NCBI RefSeq assembly: GCF_009914755.1
Contig: NC_060934.1
Length of the DNA: 64,000 nucleotides
Source: the human T2T-CHM13v2.0 reference genome, Homo sapiens
Reading direction: 5' to 3' (one strand)
Of the stretch, positions 19,829-36,378 are shown piece after piece. Position numbers and translations under genes: made by a program. The number at the start of each line of letters is the position of its first letter. Within the stretch, counting starts at the first letter, position 1. The notes beneath the pieces were generated by a model that had not been told where the DNA came from, did not search any database, and worked only from the letters and a program-made list of their open reading frames with translations.

Positions 19829-21649
19829 TGAGTAGCTGACTACAGGCGAGGGCTGCCACACCTGGCTAATTTGTTTGTATTTTCAGTAGAGACAGGGTTT
19901 CACCATGTTGGCCAGGATGGTCTTGATCTCCTGACCTCGTGATCCACCCACCTCAGCCTCCCAAAGTGCTGAGATTACAGGCGTGAGCCACTGTGCCCGG
20001 CCCTGAATGTTACTTTTTATAGCATCCTATTCTTGTTTCCTGGATGTGATATCATCTGATATCTCTCATTGATCTTTGTTGTTTTATCTATTTTATTTTT
20101 TTTATTTGATTTCATTTCATTTCATTTTATTTGAGACAGGGTCTCACTCTGTCGCCCAGGCTGGAGTATAGTGGCACAATATTGGCTCTCTGCAACCTCC
20201 GCCTCCCAGGTTCAAGCAATTTTCCTGCCTCAGACTCTCTAGTAGCTGGGATTACAGGCATGCACCACCACGCCTGGCTAATTTTTTGTATTTTTAGTAG
20301 AGATGGGGTTTCTCCATGCTGGTCAGGCTGGCCTCAAACTCCCGACCTCAGGTGATCCGCCCACCTCGGCCTCCCAAAGTGCTGGGATTACAGGCGTGAG
20401 CCACTACACCCGTCCAATCTTTGTTTTTTAAATTTAGTTTTCTTTCTCTACATAGTCTCTGTTTCCTCTAAACTACTTTTTTCCTCTTTCTTTTGGTTTC
20501 CTCAGATCAGTTTTCTCAAATTTTCAACAATTCTTGTTTATCTATTTGCAATTAAGACATGGAAGCTAAAAAAACACATTGGAAGCTCTGTGCATACGAG
20601 TGGGACTTGCTGACTTTGTGCTCCTTCTTGGCATGATCAGGTTACCCACTTATTAGGGAACTCCTGTTGTCAATAACTTCAGGTACTTCCTCACGGCTAG
20701 CCAAATTACCCAGGAAATAGTCTTCCAGTTTATTCTTGGAGAGTAACAGCCTGGCTGCTAGCCTTCTAAGAGCCCAGTAGGAGGCTATGTGGGATTTGAA
20801 TAAAATATTCATGTGCACTTGGTATGGAGGCTGCATCTTCAGCCATGCCCAGCATCCCCCAATTCAGACGTTCTGTTTTACAGGGGTGGGCCTTGGGTGG
20901 AGCTGTCACCCAGCCACATGGACTAGGAGGGCATCTAGGAATCCAGTTGATGACTAATAGCTTCCAGCAGCCCTGATCTTAGTCCATTCCCTTTCTCCTC
21001 CAGTGCCAGAGGCCCTGGTATTGCCAGCTCCTGTACTTTTTTGAGGTTCTGCAGCATAAACCAAGTTGGCTCTCAGCTCTCCTCTCTGCTGGTGTAGAAA
21101 TTGCCTTTCTTGGGTCTTCGAAACCAGTTCCCCTCAGCTCACTGGCTTTCTAGTTTTCAAAATGTGGCTGTTGTTTTCCTCTCTTGTTCTCTCTGTCTTT
21201 GTTCGTTTCTAATTGTGTTTGTTTATTAATCTGTTTATTGTAGGGTTAGTGGGATTTCAGGAGGAAGTGAAGTTAGATACATATGTTCAATCCATCATTT
21301 CAACCCAGAAATTCTACTATTACCTTTAATTTGCTTAATACAGAAATAAATAGGCTGGACGCGGTGGCTCACACCTGTAATCCCAGCGCTTTGGGAGGCC
21401 GAGGCAGGCAGATCACGAGGTCGGGAGATCGAGACCATCCTTGCTAATACGGTGAAAGCCCGTCTCTACTAAAAATACAAAAAAATTTAGCTGGGCGTGG
21501 TGGCGGGCACCTGTAATCCCTAATCCCAGCTACTCGGGAGGCTGAGGCAGGAGAATGGCGTGAACCCGGGAGGCAGAGGTTCAGTGAGCCTCTAGCGCCA
21601 CTGCACTCCAGCGTGGGCGACAGAGCGAGACTCCATCTCAACAAACAAA

Positions 21650-21684
<35 letters not shown>

Positions 21685-21685
21685 A

Positions 21686-21925
21686 AATAATGTCCTGATT
21701 CTTCTTACATGGCAAATCTAGTACAATCTTCTTTTTTGAGATGGAGTTTCACTCTCATTGCCCAGGCTGGAGAGCAATGGCGTGAGCCAAGATCGCACCA
21801 CTGCACTCCAGCCTGGGCAACAGAGCGAGACTCCATCTCAAAAATAAAAAAAAAATAAAAATAAATAAATAAATTAAATAATGTCCTGATTCTTCTTACA
21901 TGGCAAATCTAGTACAATCTTCTTT
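21686..21925. repeat. Direct duplication of ~49 bp of unique sequence around a fold-back Alu chimera
   Basis: aataatgtcctgattcttcttacatggcaaatctagtacaatcttcttt occurs at 21686 and 21877. Confidence 0.95.
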
Positions 21926-22284
21926 ATTTTTTTTGAGACAGGGACTCCCTCTGTCACCCAGGTTGGAATGCAGTGGCACAATCATAGCTCACCATAGCCT
22001 CTACCTCCCACTGCACCTGGCCCTTCTAGTACGATCTTAAAATTTAATGTCGGTCCCCCTGAGATGTAAATGCTCTTGCTTCAAAATTCATTTTAAGGAG
22101 AGGTTGCTAGGCTGGGCACGGTGGCTCACACCTGTAATCCCAGCACTTTGGGAGGCCGAGGTGGTTGGATCATCTGAGGTCAGGAGTTCAAGACCAGCCT
22201 GGCCAACATGACAAAACCCCATCTCCACTAAAAATACAAAAATTAGCCAGGTGTGGTGACGGGTGCCTGTAATCCAGCTACTCA

Positions 22285-22389
<105 letters not shown>

Positions 22390-23101
22390 TCAAAAAAAAA
22401 GGAGAGGTTGCTCATGCCTGTAATTCCAGCACTTTAGGAGGCCAAGGCAGGCAGGTTGCTTGAGCTCAGGAGTTTGAAATCAGTCTGGGCAACATGGTGA
22501 AACACTGACTCTACAAAAAATACAAAAATTAACTGGGTGTGATGGCATACACCTGTGGTCCCAACTACTCGGGAGCCTGAGGTGGGAGGATCACTTGAAC
22601 TCAGGAGATTGAAGCTACAGTGAATCATGATGGCATCACTGCACTCCAGCCTGGGTGACAGACTGAGACCTTGTCTCAAAAAAATAAATTAATTCATTAA
22701 AGAGTGTTGGAAAAAGCCAGGTGCAGTGGCTCATGCCTGTAATCCCAGCATTTTGGGAGGCTGAGGCAGGCAGATCACTTGAGGTCAGGGGTTCGAGACC
22801 AGCCTGGCCAACATGGTGAAACTCTGTCTCTACTAAAAATACAAAAAAATTACCCAGGCGTGGGCGATGCATGTCTGTAATCCCAGCTACTCAGGAGGCT
22901 GAGGCACAAGAATTGCTCAAATCTGGGAGGTGGAGGTGGCAGTGAGCCAAGATCACTGCACTCCAGCCTGGGCGACAGAGTGAAACTGTCTCAAAAGAAA
23001 CAACAACAAAAACAAAAATTAGCCGGGTGTGGTGGCTCACACCTGTAATCCCAGCACTTTGGGAGGCTGAGGCAGGTGGATCACCTGAGGTCAGGAGTTC
23101 A

Positions 23102-23353
<252 letters not shown>

Positions 23354-25233
23354 TCATAGTCATTGCATAAGAGTTCCTGAAAGCAAGATATGGTACTGAC
23401 AATTCTCTTGTCTGAATAGCTATATTAATGTGGGACTCAAAAAAAAATACTGAGGACCCACTGTGTACCAGGCCTGAACCATGACTAATGAGGCTTCAGC
23501 TCCGATGGCCCCTCCACTAGCCTCTTCTTGGGCCATCCTCAGAGGTTCCTGGCTCTAGGAGTCCTACCACAAACTTCCTGGTCTCTTCCAGCCAGTTCTC
23601 CCAGTTCCCAGTCCAGCTGGACCTGTGGGGCAGGCCTCCCACTCAGCCCTTCCCACTTGGCTTCTTCCACTGTCCTGATGGCTGAGAACAGAATTCTGGA
23701 GCTGGTGACCATGTAGTCACTGACACTTACAGGGAACCTCCACGTCAGATTGCTTTCCGCTATTTAGCTAATAAAATGACTTTTGGCCAGGCTTGGTGGC
23801 TCAAGCCTGTAATCCCAGCACTTTGGGAGGCCAAGGCGGGCAGATCACCTGAGGTCAAGAGTTCGAGGCAAGCCTGGCCAACATGGTGAAACCCCGTCTC
23901 TACTAAAAATATAAAAATTAGCTGGGCGTGGTGGCAGGCACCTATAATCCCAGCTACTCTACTTGGGAGGCTGAGGCAGGAGAATTGCTTAAACCCGGGG
24001 GGTGGGGGTCGCAGTGAGCCAAGATTGTGCCACCACACTCCAGCCTGGATGACAGAGCAAGACTCCGTCTCAAAAAAATAAATAAATAAAAATTAAAAAA
24101 ACCGACTTCAATGACGACAACAAAACAAAGCCTCTTCCTGCGATGGGTGCAGACAAATGACCCACAGTGACTGATTGAAATGTAGTCCCATTTGTTTATG
24201 TAATTTTTTCTGTCTAGGAAGAAAGGTTGGTGAGTGACAAGGGTCGCCCTATTTTAGAGAAGGGACAGGGACACATCACAGCAGAAAGGCAGAGAGAGAG
24301 CCAGGCTGGATCTGCAGGCGTGCCCCGCCTCCACCTACCGCACATGTGGGAGTGAAGAGGGGCTGAGAAGGGCTGCCAGACTCGGGGGTAGTGGGCACTG
24401 TGGCTCTCCCCACACCCTCCCTCCTCAAGGCAAGGAAGGGGGGCACTGACAGGACCACCCTAGGGAGTAGGGTGCTTGCCAGAAGGAGAGACTGCCAGCT
24501 CACCCCTCAGGTTGATGTCTGCAGGACTGCAGAGATTCTCCCAGAGGTGCTACTAGTGATGAACTTGGAAAAGCCCTTGGGTGGGTCAGAGCGGGCCAAA
24601 GGCCACCCATAAAGGAGTGGGGCAGTGGCATGGAAGCTGGGAGTGTGGGAGAGGTCAGTTCCCACCTGTATCAGAGACGTGTTCATGTCAGGGAGTGCTG
24701 GAGGTGTGAGTGGGACCCTAACCCCCACCTCTACCCACCCCAGTGGATCCCAAGAGAAAGTCAGCATTTAGCCACCTACCATCACAAAGGCATTTGATAA
24801 CACAGTGAACATAACAAGCTAAGTAAAAATTCACGTGTGATCCTTTGCCCTCCCTTCCTTCTCCATGTCCCAAGCCTGGAGGAGCTGCTGGCAGCAGTCA
24901 GCAAGTTGAAGAGGTGGGATGCAGAAGACAGGAAAGATGGGCTCTGGCCCCTCTGGGCTCACCTTGGGAGAAAGGGAGAAGCTTTGAATTGGCAATGAAA
25001 TTGCGGTTTTGATTTAAATCAGATCACACTCTTATTATATAAAAAGAGGACGGTTGGCCAACACCTAGAAGCCACTGGGAAGGCATGGGATCTGCTGGAG
25101 TGTCCTCTCGGAGGGAAAGAGTCAGCAAAGGAGGTTTGCAAAGCAGCGGTGGGAGGAAAGTACAGCTCACTCCTGACTGCAGCAAGTCCAGCCTCTTTAA
25201 GAACTGGGTTACCTGGCCAGGTGCGGTGGCTCA

Positions 25234-25572
<339 letters not shown>

Positions 25573-26327
25573 CTACTTATCCTTCGAAATTCAGTTCAGG
25601 TGGTCCTTCTCTGAGGAACTTTCCTGGACAAGGACTACCTGGCCCCCGTGCCCACCTCTGTCACAGCACACATTTCCTCTGCAGTACAGGGTTTATCTGG
25701 ACACTATGGGCCACAGGGGCAAGCACCAGGCCTTTCCCCCCGGCTGAGCACATTCTGTCACATGGAGACTGCTCAGTGTTTGTTGAATTAATGAATGAAA
25801 AGAAATGAACATGGCAGGCCCGGGTACAGGACCACCTAAAGATAAGTTCTACTAGGCCAGGTATGGTGGCTCACCTCTGTAATCCCAGCACTTTGGGAAG
25901 CCAAGGAAAGAGGATCACTTGAACCCAGGAGTTCGAGACCAGTCAGAGCAACATGGCGAAATCCTGTCTCTACAAAGTATATATATATATGTATATAAAA
26001 TTAGCCAGGTGTGGTGGTGTGTGCCTGTAGTCCCAGCTACTTGGGAGGCTGAGGTGGGAGGATTGCTTGATCCTGGGAGGTCGAGACCGAGGTAAGCTAT
26101 GATTGCACCATTGCGCTTCAGTCTGGGCAATAAAATGAGAACTTGTCTAAAAAAAAAAAAAGCAAATAAAAAAAGGAAACAATAATCAAAAATGGTTAAA
26201 AGCATAAAAGCAGGTTAGCTACTGTAAAGGAAACACAGGCCTTTTCAAATTCATTAGTAAAGTCTGTTTATTGAATGTCCTCATATGAAAATAAGTAGTC
26301 CCAACTGTGCCATGAATTAAAGGGGAA

Positions 26328-27676
26328 TGTAGAAAGTAAAAAGTTCCTCTTCAAATTTCCCTTCTTATTAAAGAATAAACCATAAGTGTTAGAAATAATA
26401 ATTTCTTTTAAAGACTAACTTCCTTCAAGCCTCCTTGCTTTGTGCTAATAACTCTTTGTTAAGCCCTATCCTATGTAGCTGTTAGATATAAAGGAGTAAG
26501 TACATCGATGTCCTTACACTTTAACCAAAATACTTGTGCTAGACATGCTCACAGGCATGTAGTACATTCTATGTCCTTGTACTTTAACCAAAATATGTGT
26601 ACTGGATGTGCTCACAGCCATGCCCCAGCTCTCAGCCTATGCCCCTTCCTTATTTAAGAATATTATTACTTTTTCTTTTTTTGCAGGGGGAGGGGTGTTT
26701 AGTAAATATTTATTTCATCCTAGCTTTCCAAGTCTGAACAGTAAAGGACTATAAAATGTGCACAGCATTAAAAAAAATAGCTGTAGCCAAAAGAGGAATT
26801 AGACTTATTCTATGAGAACCAGGAGCAGCTTTTATTTCAACCGTCCAGTGATGAAAAAGTTTGCCTGGGGATGTATACAATTTCCCATCACTAGAAAAGT
26901 TCAAGAAGAAGCTGAGCTTCTAGAAGAAAATGTGGCCCATATACACCATGGAATACTATGCAGCCATAAAAAAGGATGAGTTCATGTCCTTTGTTGGGAC
27001 ATGGATGAAGCTGGAAACCATGATTCTCAGCAAACTATCACAAGGACAGAAAACCAAACACTGCATGTTCTCACTCATAGGTGGGAATTGAACAATGAGA
27101 ACACATGGACACAGGAAGGGGAACATCACACACCGGGGCCTGTTGTGGGGTGGGGGGAGGGGGGAGGGATAGCATTAGGAGATATACCTAATGTAAATGA
27201 CAAGTTAATGGGTGCAGCACACCAACATGGCATATGTATACATATGTAACTAACCTGCATGTTGTGCACATGTACCCTAAAACTTAAAGTATAATAAAAA
27301 TGTATATATAAAAGAATATTGTTACTTTTCTAAGTCCTTTCCTAAGCAGCTTCTTCTTTTCCTCTGTTCTCCATTGTTTTTACCTATTTAAAAAAATGTT
27401 TGAGCTGTTAGCCAATCAGGTTCAGTTTAGATTGTGAGGTCTGGCTCCAGCCAATGGAAACGGGACACAGTAACAGGGACAAACTACGTAAGGGATAAAA
27501 ATTGCTTCCCTCCTCTGTTCAAGTGTGCTCTCACCATTGTTCCATCTGTGAGGAGCACCCTTCCTGCAGAAAGTAAAATTGCCTTGCTAAGAAAACTTTT
27601 TATCTAAATGCCGATTTTTCCTCACAATACCGAAGACCAAGCATTCTGTTTCTAAATAAACATTTTACTTATAACA
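26328..27676 (+). mobile_element. Solo ERV1 LTR, LTR10 family (LTR10B/D/E-like), interrupted at ~26675-27330
   Basis: TG...CA termini (tgtagaaagtaaaaagttcc ... ttttacttataaca), 5-bp TSD GGGAA on both sides, internal ~63-bp tandem unit, CCAAT boxes and a gataaaa TATA-like box. Subfamily assigned from recall. Confidence 0.8.
26924..27311 (+). mobile_element. L1PA (about PA3-PA5) 3' terminal fragment
   Basis: aagaaaatgtggcccatatacaccatggaatactatgcagcc...G-rich tract...gtaccctaaaacttaaagtataataaaaa. Confidence 0.96.
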
Positions 27677-27829
27677 GGGAATAATTCATCTCAGCTTCTT
27701 GGACCTCTTTTTCTGTATGCCAAGTCATTTCACATCTTTCCAGGAGACCAGAGGTCTGAGCTAAAATAGAGAAAAATGTGTGCAATGCTCTTTTTTGAAG
27801 TATAACAAGCTCGCCTACTCACTTACCCA

Positions 27830-28060
27830 CACAAAGTTTCTCACATCTGTGATGTCGTTTGCTTCTCACTCTAACCCCATGAGGTGTAAGAGACTTGGCA
27901 GGTGTTATCATTACCTTAATTTAAAATTTACAGATGAGGAAACAGCTCAGAGAGATTAATTGATTTGCCCAAGTCACAGGAAGTAGGTGGTGATGCTGCC
28001 AAACCATCTCAGGAATTCTGATTCCAGATTCTGTGTTGCTTTCTGTGACATCAGGCTGTC
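27830..28060. mobile_element. MIR SINE
   Basis: Core ttacagatgaggaaacagctcagagagattaattgatttgcccaagtcacag. Confidence 0.85.
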
Positions 28061-29128
28061 CATCAGAACGTTAAGGGTTAAGAAGTGGGAGCATTTACAA
28101 AACAGATTCATTTCTACAGTGTTTGTATGTTGATAAGGTATGTATGTTTAAAATAGAGATCTAGAGAAAAACTTTAGGACAAATATGTTCACTGCAACTG
28201 TTGTTTATAATAGTGTTAAGGACTTGGTTTAGGTGTGGGTATGTATCTATGTACAATGTGTACACACATGGAATTACATAGGGAAATGACAAATGTGAGT
28301 TTTCAAAAGCAGAATATATACATAGAAACATACACAAACCAAGTCCAATGATGATATATTCAAATAATATCTTTCAGGAAATTTCTTAAAATTTTATCTG
28401 TGGTTATATCTCTTGGTTTGGGATATCTGGATAACTTTCATTTTATTCTTTATTTCTATCTATATTTTCCATATCTTCTTATTCATTTATTTATTTAGAG
28501 AGAGGGTCTCACTCTTTTGCTCAGGCTGGAGTGCAGTAGCTCATTTCAACCTCAAACTCCTGGGCTCAAGTGATCCTCCTGCTTCAGCCTTCCAAGCAGC
28601 TGGGACTACGGGATTGTGCCTCCACACCCAGCTACTTTTTAATTTTTTGTAGAGACAGGGTCTTGCTATGTTGCCCAGGCTGGTCTCAAACTCCTGAGTT
28701 CAAGTGATCCTCCTGTCTCGGCCTTCTAAAGTGCTAGGATTATAGGTGTGAGCCACTGCATCTGTTAAGAGATGAGTATTAGGCTGAGCATGGTGGCACA
28801 CATCTCTAGTCCTAGCTATTTGTAAGGCTGAGAGGAAGGATTGCTTGAGCCTACAAATTATAGTCCAGCCTGGGCAACATAGTGAGACCCCCATCTCAGA
28901 GAGAAAGAAAGAGAGAGAGAGAAAGAGAAAGGCCAGGCACAGTGGCTTACGCCTATAATCTCAGCACTTTGGGAGGCTAAGGCAGGAGAATCGCTTGAAC
29001 CCAGGAGGTGGAGGTTGCAGTGAGCTGAGATGGCTCACTGCACTCCAGTCTAGGTGACAGAGAGAAACTCTGTCTGAAAAAAAAAGAAAAAGAGGAAGAG
29101 ACAGAGGAGAGTGAAAGAAAGAGAAAGG

Positions 29129-29162
<34 letters not shown>

Positions 29163-29403
29163 GAATCAGTATTATTTTTGTCTGATTTTTATTCTCCTAG
29201 AGAAGTGGGCCTTTGGTGAGCAGGTGGTGGGCCCTGAGAAGCCAGGTCAGATGGGCTGCTCATCTGGCCCTAGAGTACAACTTGAAAGTTAGGACACTGG
29301 GGAAATGTCACAGCAGAAAGCCAGATAAACTGTCTAATGCGTCATCAGCTGGAATAGGCTAGCAAGAGGGACAACTCAGGGGCACACTCAAAGAATCAGA
29401 TGA

Positions 29404-29670
<267 letters not shown>

Positions 29671-30247
29671 TAGAGACAGGGTTTCACCATATTGGCCAGG
29701 CTGATCTCAAACTCCTGACCTCAGGTGATCCGCCCACCTCGGCCTCCCAAAGTGTTGGGATTACAGGTGTGAGCCACCGCGCCTGGCCCTGCAGTGCTTT
29801 TTAAAGAGTGCTTGAGCCTCCTGTATGGACAGAGTCATAATGTGCCAACTCAATGAGGACAACATTTACAATGATAGAAACGTTGGCCAACATGATCATG
29901 GTAGAGTAGTACTGCCCTGAGTCTCCTTCTGTGTGCACATCCAATTGTGATTCTCTCGGCATGGCTGACTGCTCTGCCTGCTGCCTTTAAAGAGCGATGG
30001 ACAATGTCTTGGCAAAACTCTTCTCTAACTTCTGGGACCAGCAATAGTTGACAGTAGCAGGACCTACAGCCTCAAAGAGCCACAGCCTGGAGGGGTACAG
30101 GAAGCATGAGTTTAAGGCCATCAAGTGAAGGGAGAGAAGTGAAGGTGAGGCCAGGCGTGGTGGCTCACACCTGCAATCCCAGCATTTTGGGAGGCCGAGG
30201 TGGGTGGATCACCTGAGGTTAGGGGTTTGAGACCAGCCTGGCGATCA

Positions 30248-30499
<252 letters not shown>

Positions 30500-30740
30500 C
30501 TAGGAGGATAAATGATCTGGGAAGTGGAGCATTTTCCAGCGGGGAGCTTGGGGCAGGCTGCTGCAGTGCCACTCTGCCCTTTGGTGGCCCAGGACTGATG
30601 AGGCCAAGGCTCACAGGGCCTCGTCATAACCCCTCTGACCTTCCCAGGCCCCTTCCTTATGCTAGCGGGATCTCAACCTTGTGTGGCTATGTTGCTTTGC
30701 ACTCCACTGCCCTTCACTGGGGTCTGTAGGTGTAAAATCA

Positions 30741-31145
<405 letters not shown>

Positions 31146-32543
31146 TCAGTTGTCCAGCTTTTGTATCTCTGGCCATTCTGCAATGGCCCTCCTTCGAAAT
31201 GATGCCATTTCGTCCCTGCCACTTGGCACTCTCCTGTTGGTCAAAATGAAGACCTGAGGCACAGTAATACCCCTTTTTTTCTCTTCTAGATTATAAGAGA
31301 GAAAATTGTCATCAAGTCAATAACTTATTGAACTTTTGTATCTTAAATTCTCAATTTTAGTTCCTTCAGTGAATGAACTCGTCATCTCAATGCTGCCGTG
31401 ACTTCTTTTTCTTAGGCCCCTGGCTCAGGGCTGAGAATCTCCAGATGCTGTTATGTATTGTGCAGTTTGGGTTGCTATGGTGCTGGAAATGGCCTGTAAA
31501 TGCTGAAATCCTGCAATTGCAAGGGTGCCTCTTAGAGGATGACGTGTTATATGTGGATTTGGGTTATGTGTAGATTTAGCCTCCGTGACATCGGAGATGT
31601 GATTTGGTGCTTCTCATCCTCTTCAGATTCTAATCTGATCACCTTCTTGACCGTGTCAATGGACTGAGTTACAATAGATTGTTCAAATAGCCAAATAACC
31701 CATTTAATAAAAGGATGCTGAGCTCAAAGTTGCCGGATGCAGTTTTTTCTAACCTTGATGGTTCATTGCATTTACAAGCTCTGCGGCTGCTTGTTGCTTT
31801 CAGCCAAGAAGTCCGTCTGGATTGGGGGCTGGTGACTATAAATCTCCAAAGATGCAGCCCCCCCTCCACCCCGCTTAGCTCATCACCTTCCATTCCTCTG
31901 CTCCCTCCGGCAGCAGCCTCCTGAGCCCATTATCACCATGCTCAGGGCACTACCCCCCAGGCTGGAGGAGAGAGCTGACCCCTGGTCAGGGGAGATTTAT
32001 GCAGCCTCAGGAAAGGAGCTCCATCGTTCCTCATGTCCCACTCCTTCACCCTAAGCCAGCTGGACAACCATTTGTCGGATACATTGGGTGTAGACACATT
32101 TGTTATAGATACACCGGGGGTACTCCAATGCCCTCATGCCCCCTTTTCTAGGCATGCTCCTAAAGCCCTGGCAAAGGGAGGGGGAGCTAGGTAGGCGTGT
32201 TTGTATTAGGTGATCTCAGCTCCTGGCCAAATATGATTGAATAAGGAGACACCTCACCTATGCTGATTCCATCAGACTCTCCAGAATTCCAGCCAGTGTC
32301 CCAGTGCGTGAGTCAGGTGGCTTCAGTGCTGTGTTGGGTGTTAGCAGCTGTCGTGGAGCTGCACGTAGGTCCAATCTTGGATGGTGCCTTTGGGCTTGGA
32401 TGTTACCTGGAGTCCTCCTAGCATCTGCTTTGGGCAGCTCCTTGTGTATACTCACTGGGACTCACCCTGTCACTCTCTCCACTTTGGTCCCCCAAGTAGA
32501 GAACCACCTAAACCCCTGTCCACAATACTCACCTTAGCTGTAG

Positions 32544-32817
<274 letters not shown>

Positions 32818-33544
32818 TGATCCACCTGCCTCAGCCTCCCAAAGTTCTGGGATTACAGGCGTGAGCCACCGCATCCGGCCTGGCCTTACTCTTTCTTAAG
32901 GCCCAGGGCCAGTAACTAGGGCCTTGGAATGCCTTGTATGAAGACGCAGAGGAAGGGAGGGACTAGCAGAAGAAACGCATCCCGCTGAGGAGTGAATTCT
33001 ACCCAGAGTGCCAGCTCAGTGGACCCTTCTCCAAGGTTCTCCTCAATCACCACCAAAGGGGTACCTCACCTGGAGCTGCCATCAGAACTTTTGTGATTTA
33101 AATGGAGCTGCCCATTGAAAGTGGAGGTCCAGGCTGGGCGTGGTGGCTCACACTTGTAATCCCAGCACTTTGGGAGGCTGAGGCCTGTGGATTGTTTTGA
33201 GCCCAGGAGTTTGAGACCAGCCTGGGCAACATGGCAAAACCCCATCTCTACAAAAAATACAAAACTTAGCTGGTTGTGGTGGTGAGTAGCTGTGGTCCCA
33301 ACTACCTGGGGGGTTGAGTGGGGTCCTGAGGTGGGAGGATTGCTTGGGCCCAGGAGGTTGAGACTGCAGTGAGCTGTGATCACGCCACTGCACTTCAGCC
33401 TAGGTGACAGAGTGAGACACTGTCTCTAAATAAATAAATAAGTAAAAGAGAGTGGAGGCCCAGAGAACAGGCCTGCCCCACCATTGCAGGGCCCAGGGCC
33501 CAGGAGTGGAAATGGAGGCTCAGGTGCATGTGTCTAAATGTTTC

Positions 33545-33725
33545 AAATTATTATTGATTAATGATTAATTAATAATCAATAATCAATAATTATTTAATAA
33601 TATTTATAATAATAAATAATAAATAATAAATAATAAATAAAATAATTATTAATACATTATATATTTATATATTATATATATTTATTATATATTTAGAATA
33701 TATATATTCTAATTTAAATTAAAAC
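33545..33725. repeat. AT-rich low-complexity tract with short palindromes
   Basis: Almost pure A/T; perfect palindrome ttagaatatatatattctaa at 33693-33712. Confidence 0.9.
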
Positions 33726-33944
33726 ATTTTTCTTTCCTGTATTTCAGCAAAGTCACTATGTTGTTGTAAGCAAAATTTTCATATAACTTGTGTTGAATTA
33801 ATAGTAATGCTAAGTTAGGCAACTTTTCTTGAGTCACTGTAGTTCTTAGTATTATTAATTTCAATTTGGAAAAACAAAATTTTGCTCTATTGAAGCAATA
33901 GCAACTGGAATTGTCAGTAAAATATCACTGTTATTATTATTATT

Positions 33945-34517
<573 letters not shown>

Positions 34518-34804
34518 CTTTTTCTCCTATTCATCTGCCTTTTGTGAGCTGATTTTTTTTTTTTTTTTTTAGCAAACCTTTAGAGCACCAAGGGGAAAGC
34601 TCTCCCTTGGCCCCTTCACATGTGACAAATTATCTTCATGGCAGAAAATATGTAACAAATTTAATTTTTATCATGTAAATTGCTATCAGTTATAGTGGCA
34701 ATCTTTCTCATCTCTTAAAGCAATAGCTAGAGGCACAGAGTAACATAAATAGCTGGTATTATGCTTCACACATATTATATCTGGGCCCTACATAGACACG
34801 TTTA

Positions 34805-35290
<486 letters not shown>

Positions 35291-35988
35291 CTATTTGATG
35301 ATTTGACAAATTGAACAACCTGTCTTTCTCTGGCCTAAGGTCTTCCCTTGGCTAAATCGTCTCTGCTCTCTGAAGCAGTGCCTGACTCCAATGCTGGGAG
35401 CACCACAACCCACAAATCTCCAGGATGACCAGACAAGGTCACCTTCTGTTCAAGGTCAGGGGCCAGGCCTTGCGGAGAAGCATCTCTCCAGGCCTGACAC
35501 ATCCTAGTCCTGGCTGGTGGTGTTTACAGTGCTGACTTGTGCTGGGCCAATGCTGAGTACAGGATCCCACGGGGCCAAAACACCCCGGTGCTCCTCAATA
35601 CATGTGTTTCATGTGTATGTTTGTCACGTATAAGGCTCATGGAAAGGGCCTCTCATGCCTGGGTGTAAAGGGAAAGACTTTTCTGTAAGCGCAAAAATGC
35701 AGCCCTGTTTCCTGCAGGGAGTAGAGTGGCAGACACTGAGCAGCATCTGCTAGGTTCCAGGCCCTGTGCTAAGCCCACTTTCCTTGCTTACTCCCTTTTC
35801 TTCCCTCTCCCTCTCCCTGCCCATCCCCCCCAACCTGCTTTTTTTTTTTTTTTTGAGACAGAGTCTTGCTCTGTCACCCAGGTTGGAGTGCAGTGGCACA
35901 CTGCAACCTCCTCCTCCCGGCTTCAAGCGATTCTCCTGCCTCAGCCTCCCAAGTAGCTGGAATTACAGCAGTGCATCACTATGCCTGA

Positions 35989-36378
<390 letters not shown>

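Noticed and set aside
27001-27249. 82-aa ORF
   Set aside because: Lies wholly within the L1PA ORF2 end and 3'UTR, in a non-ORF2 frame.
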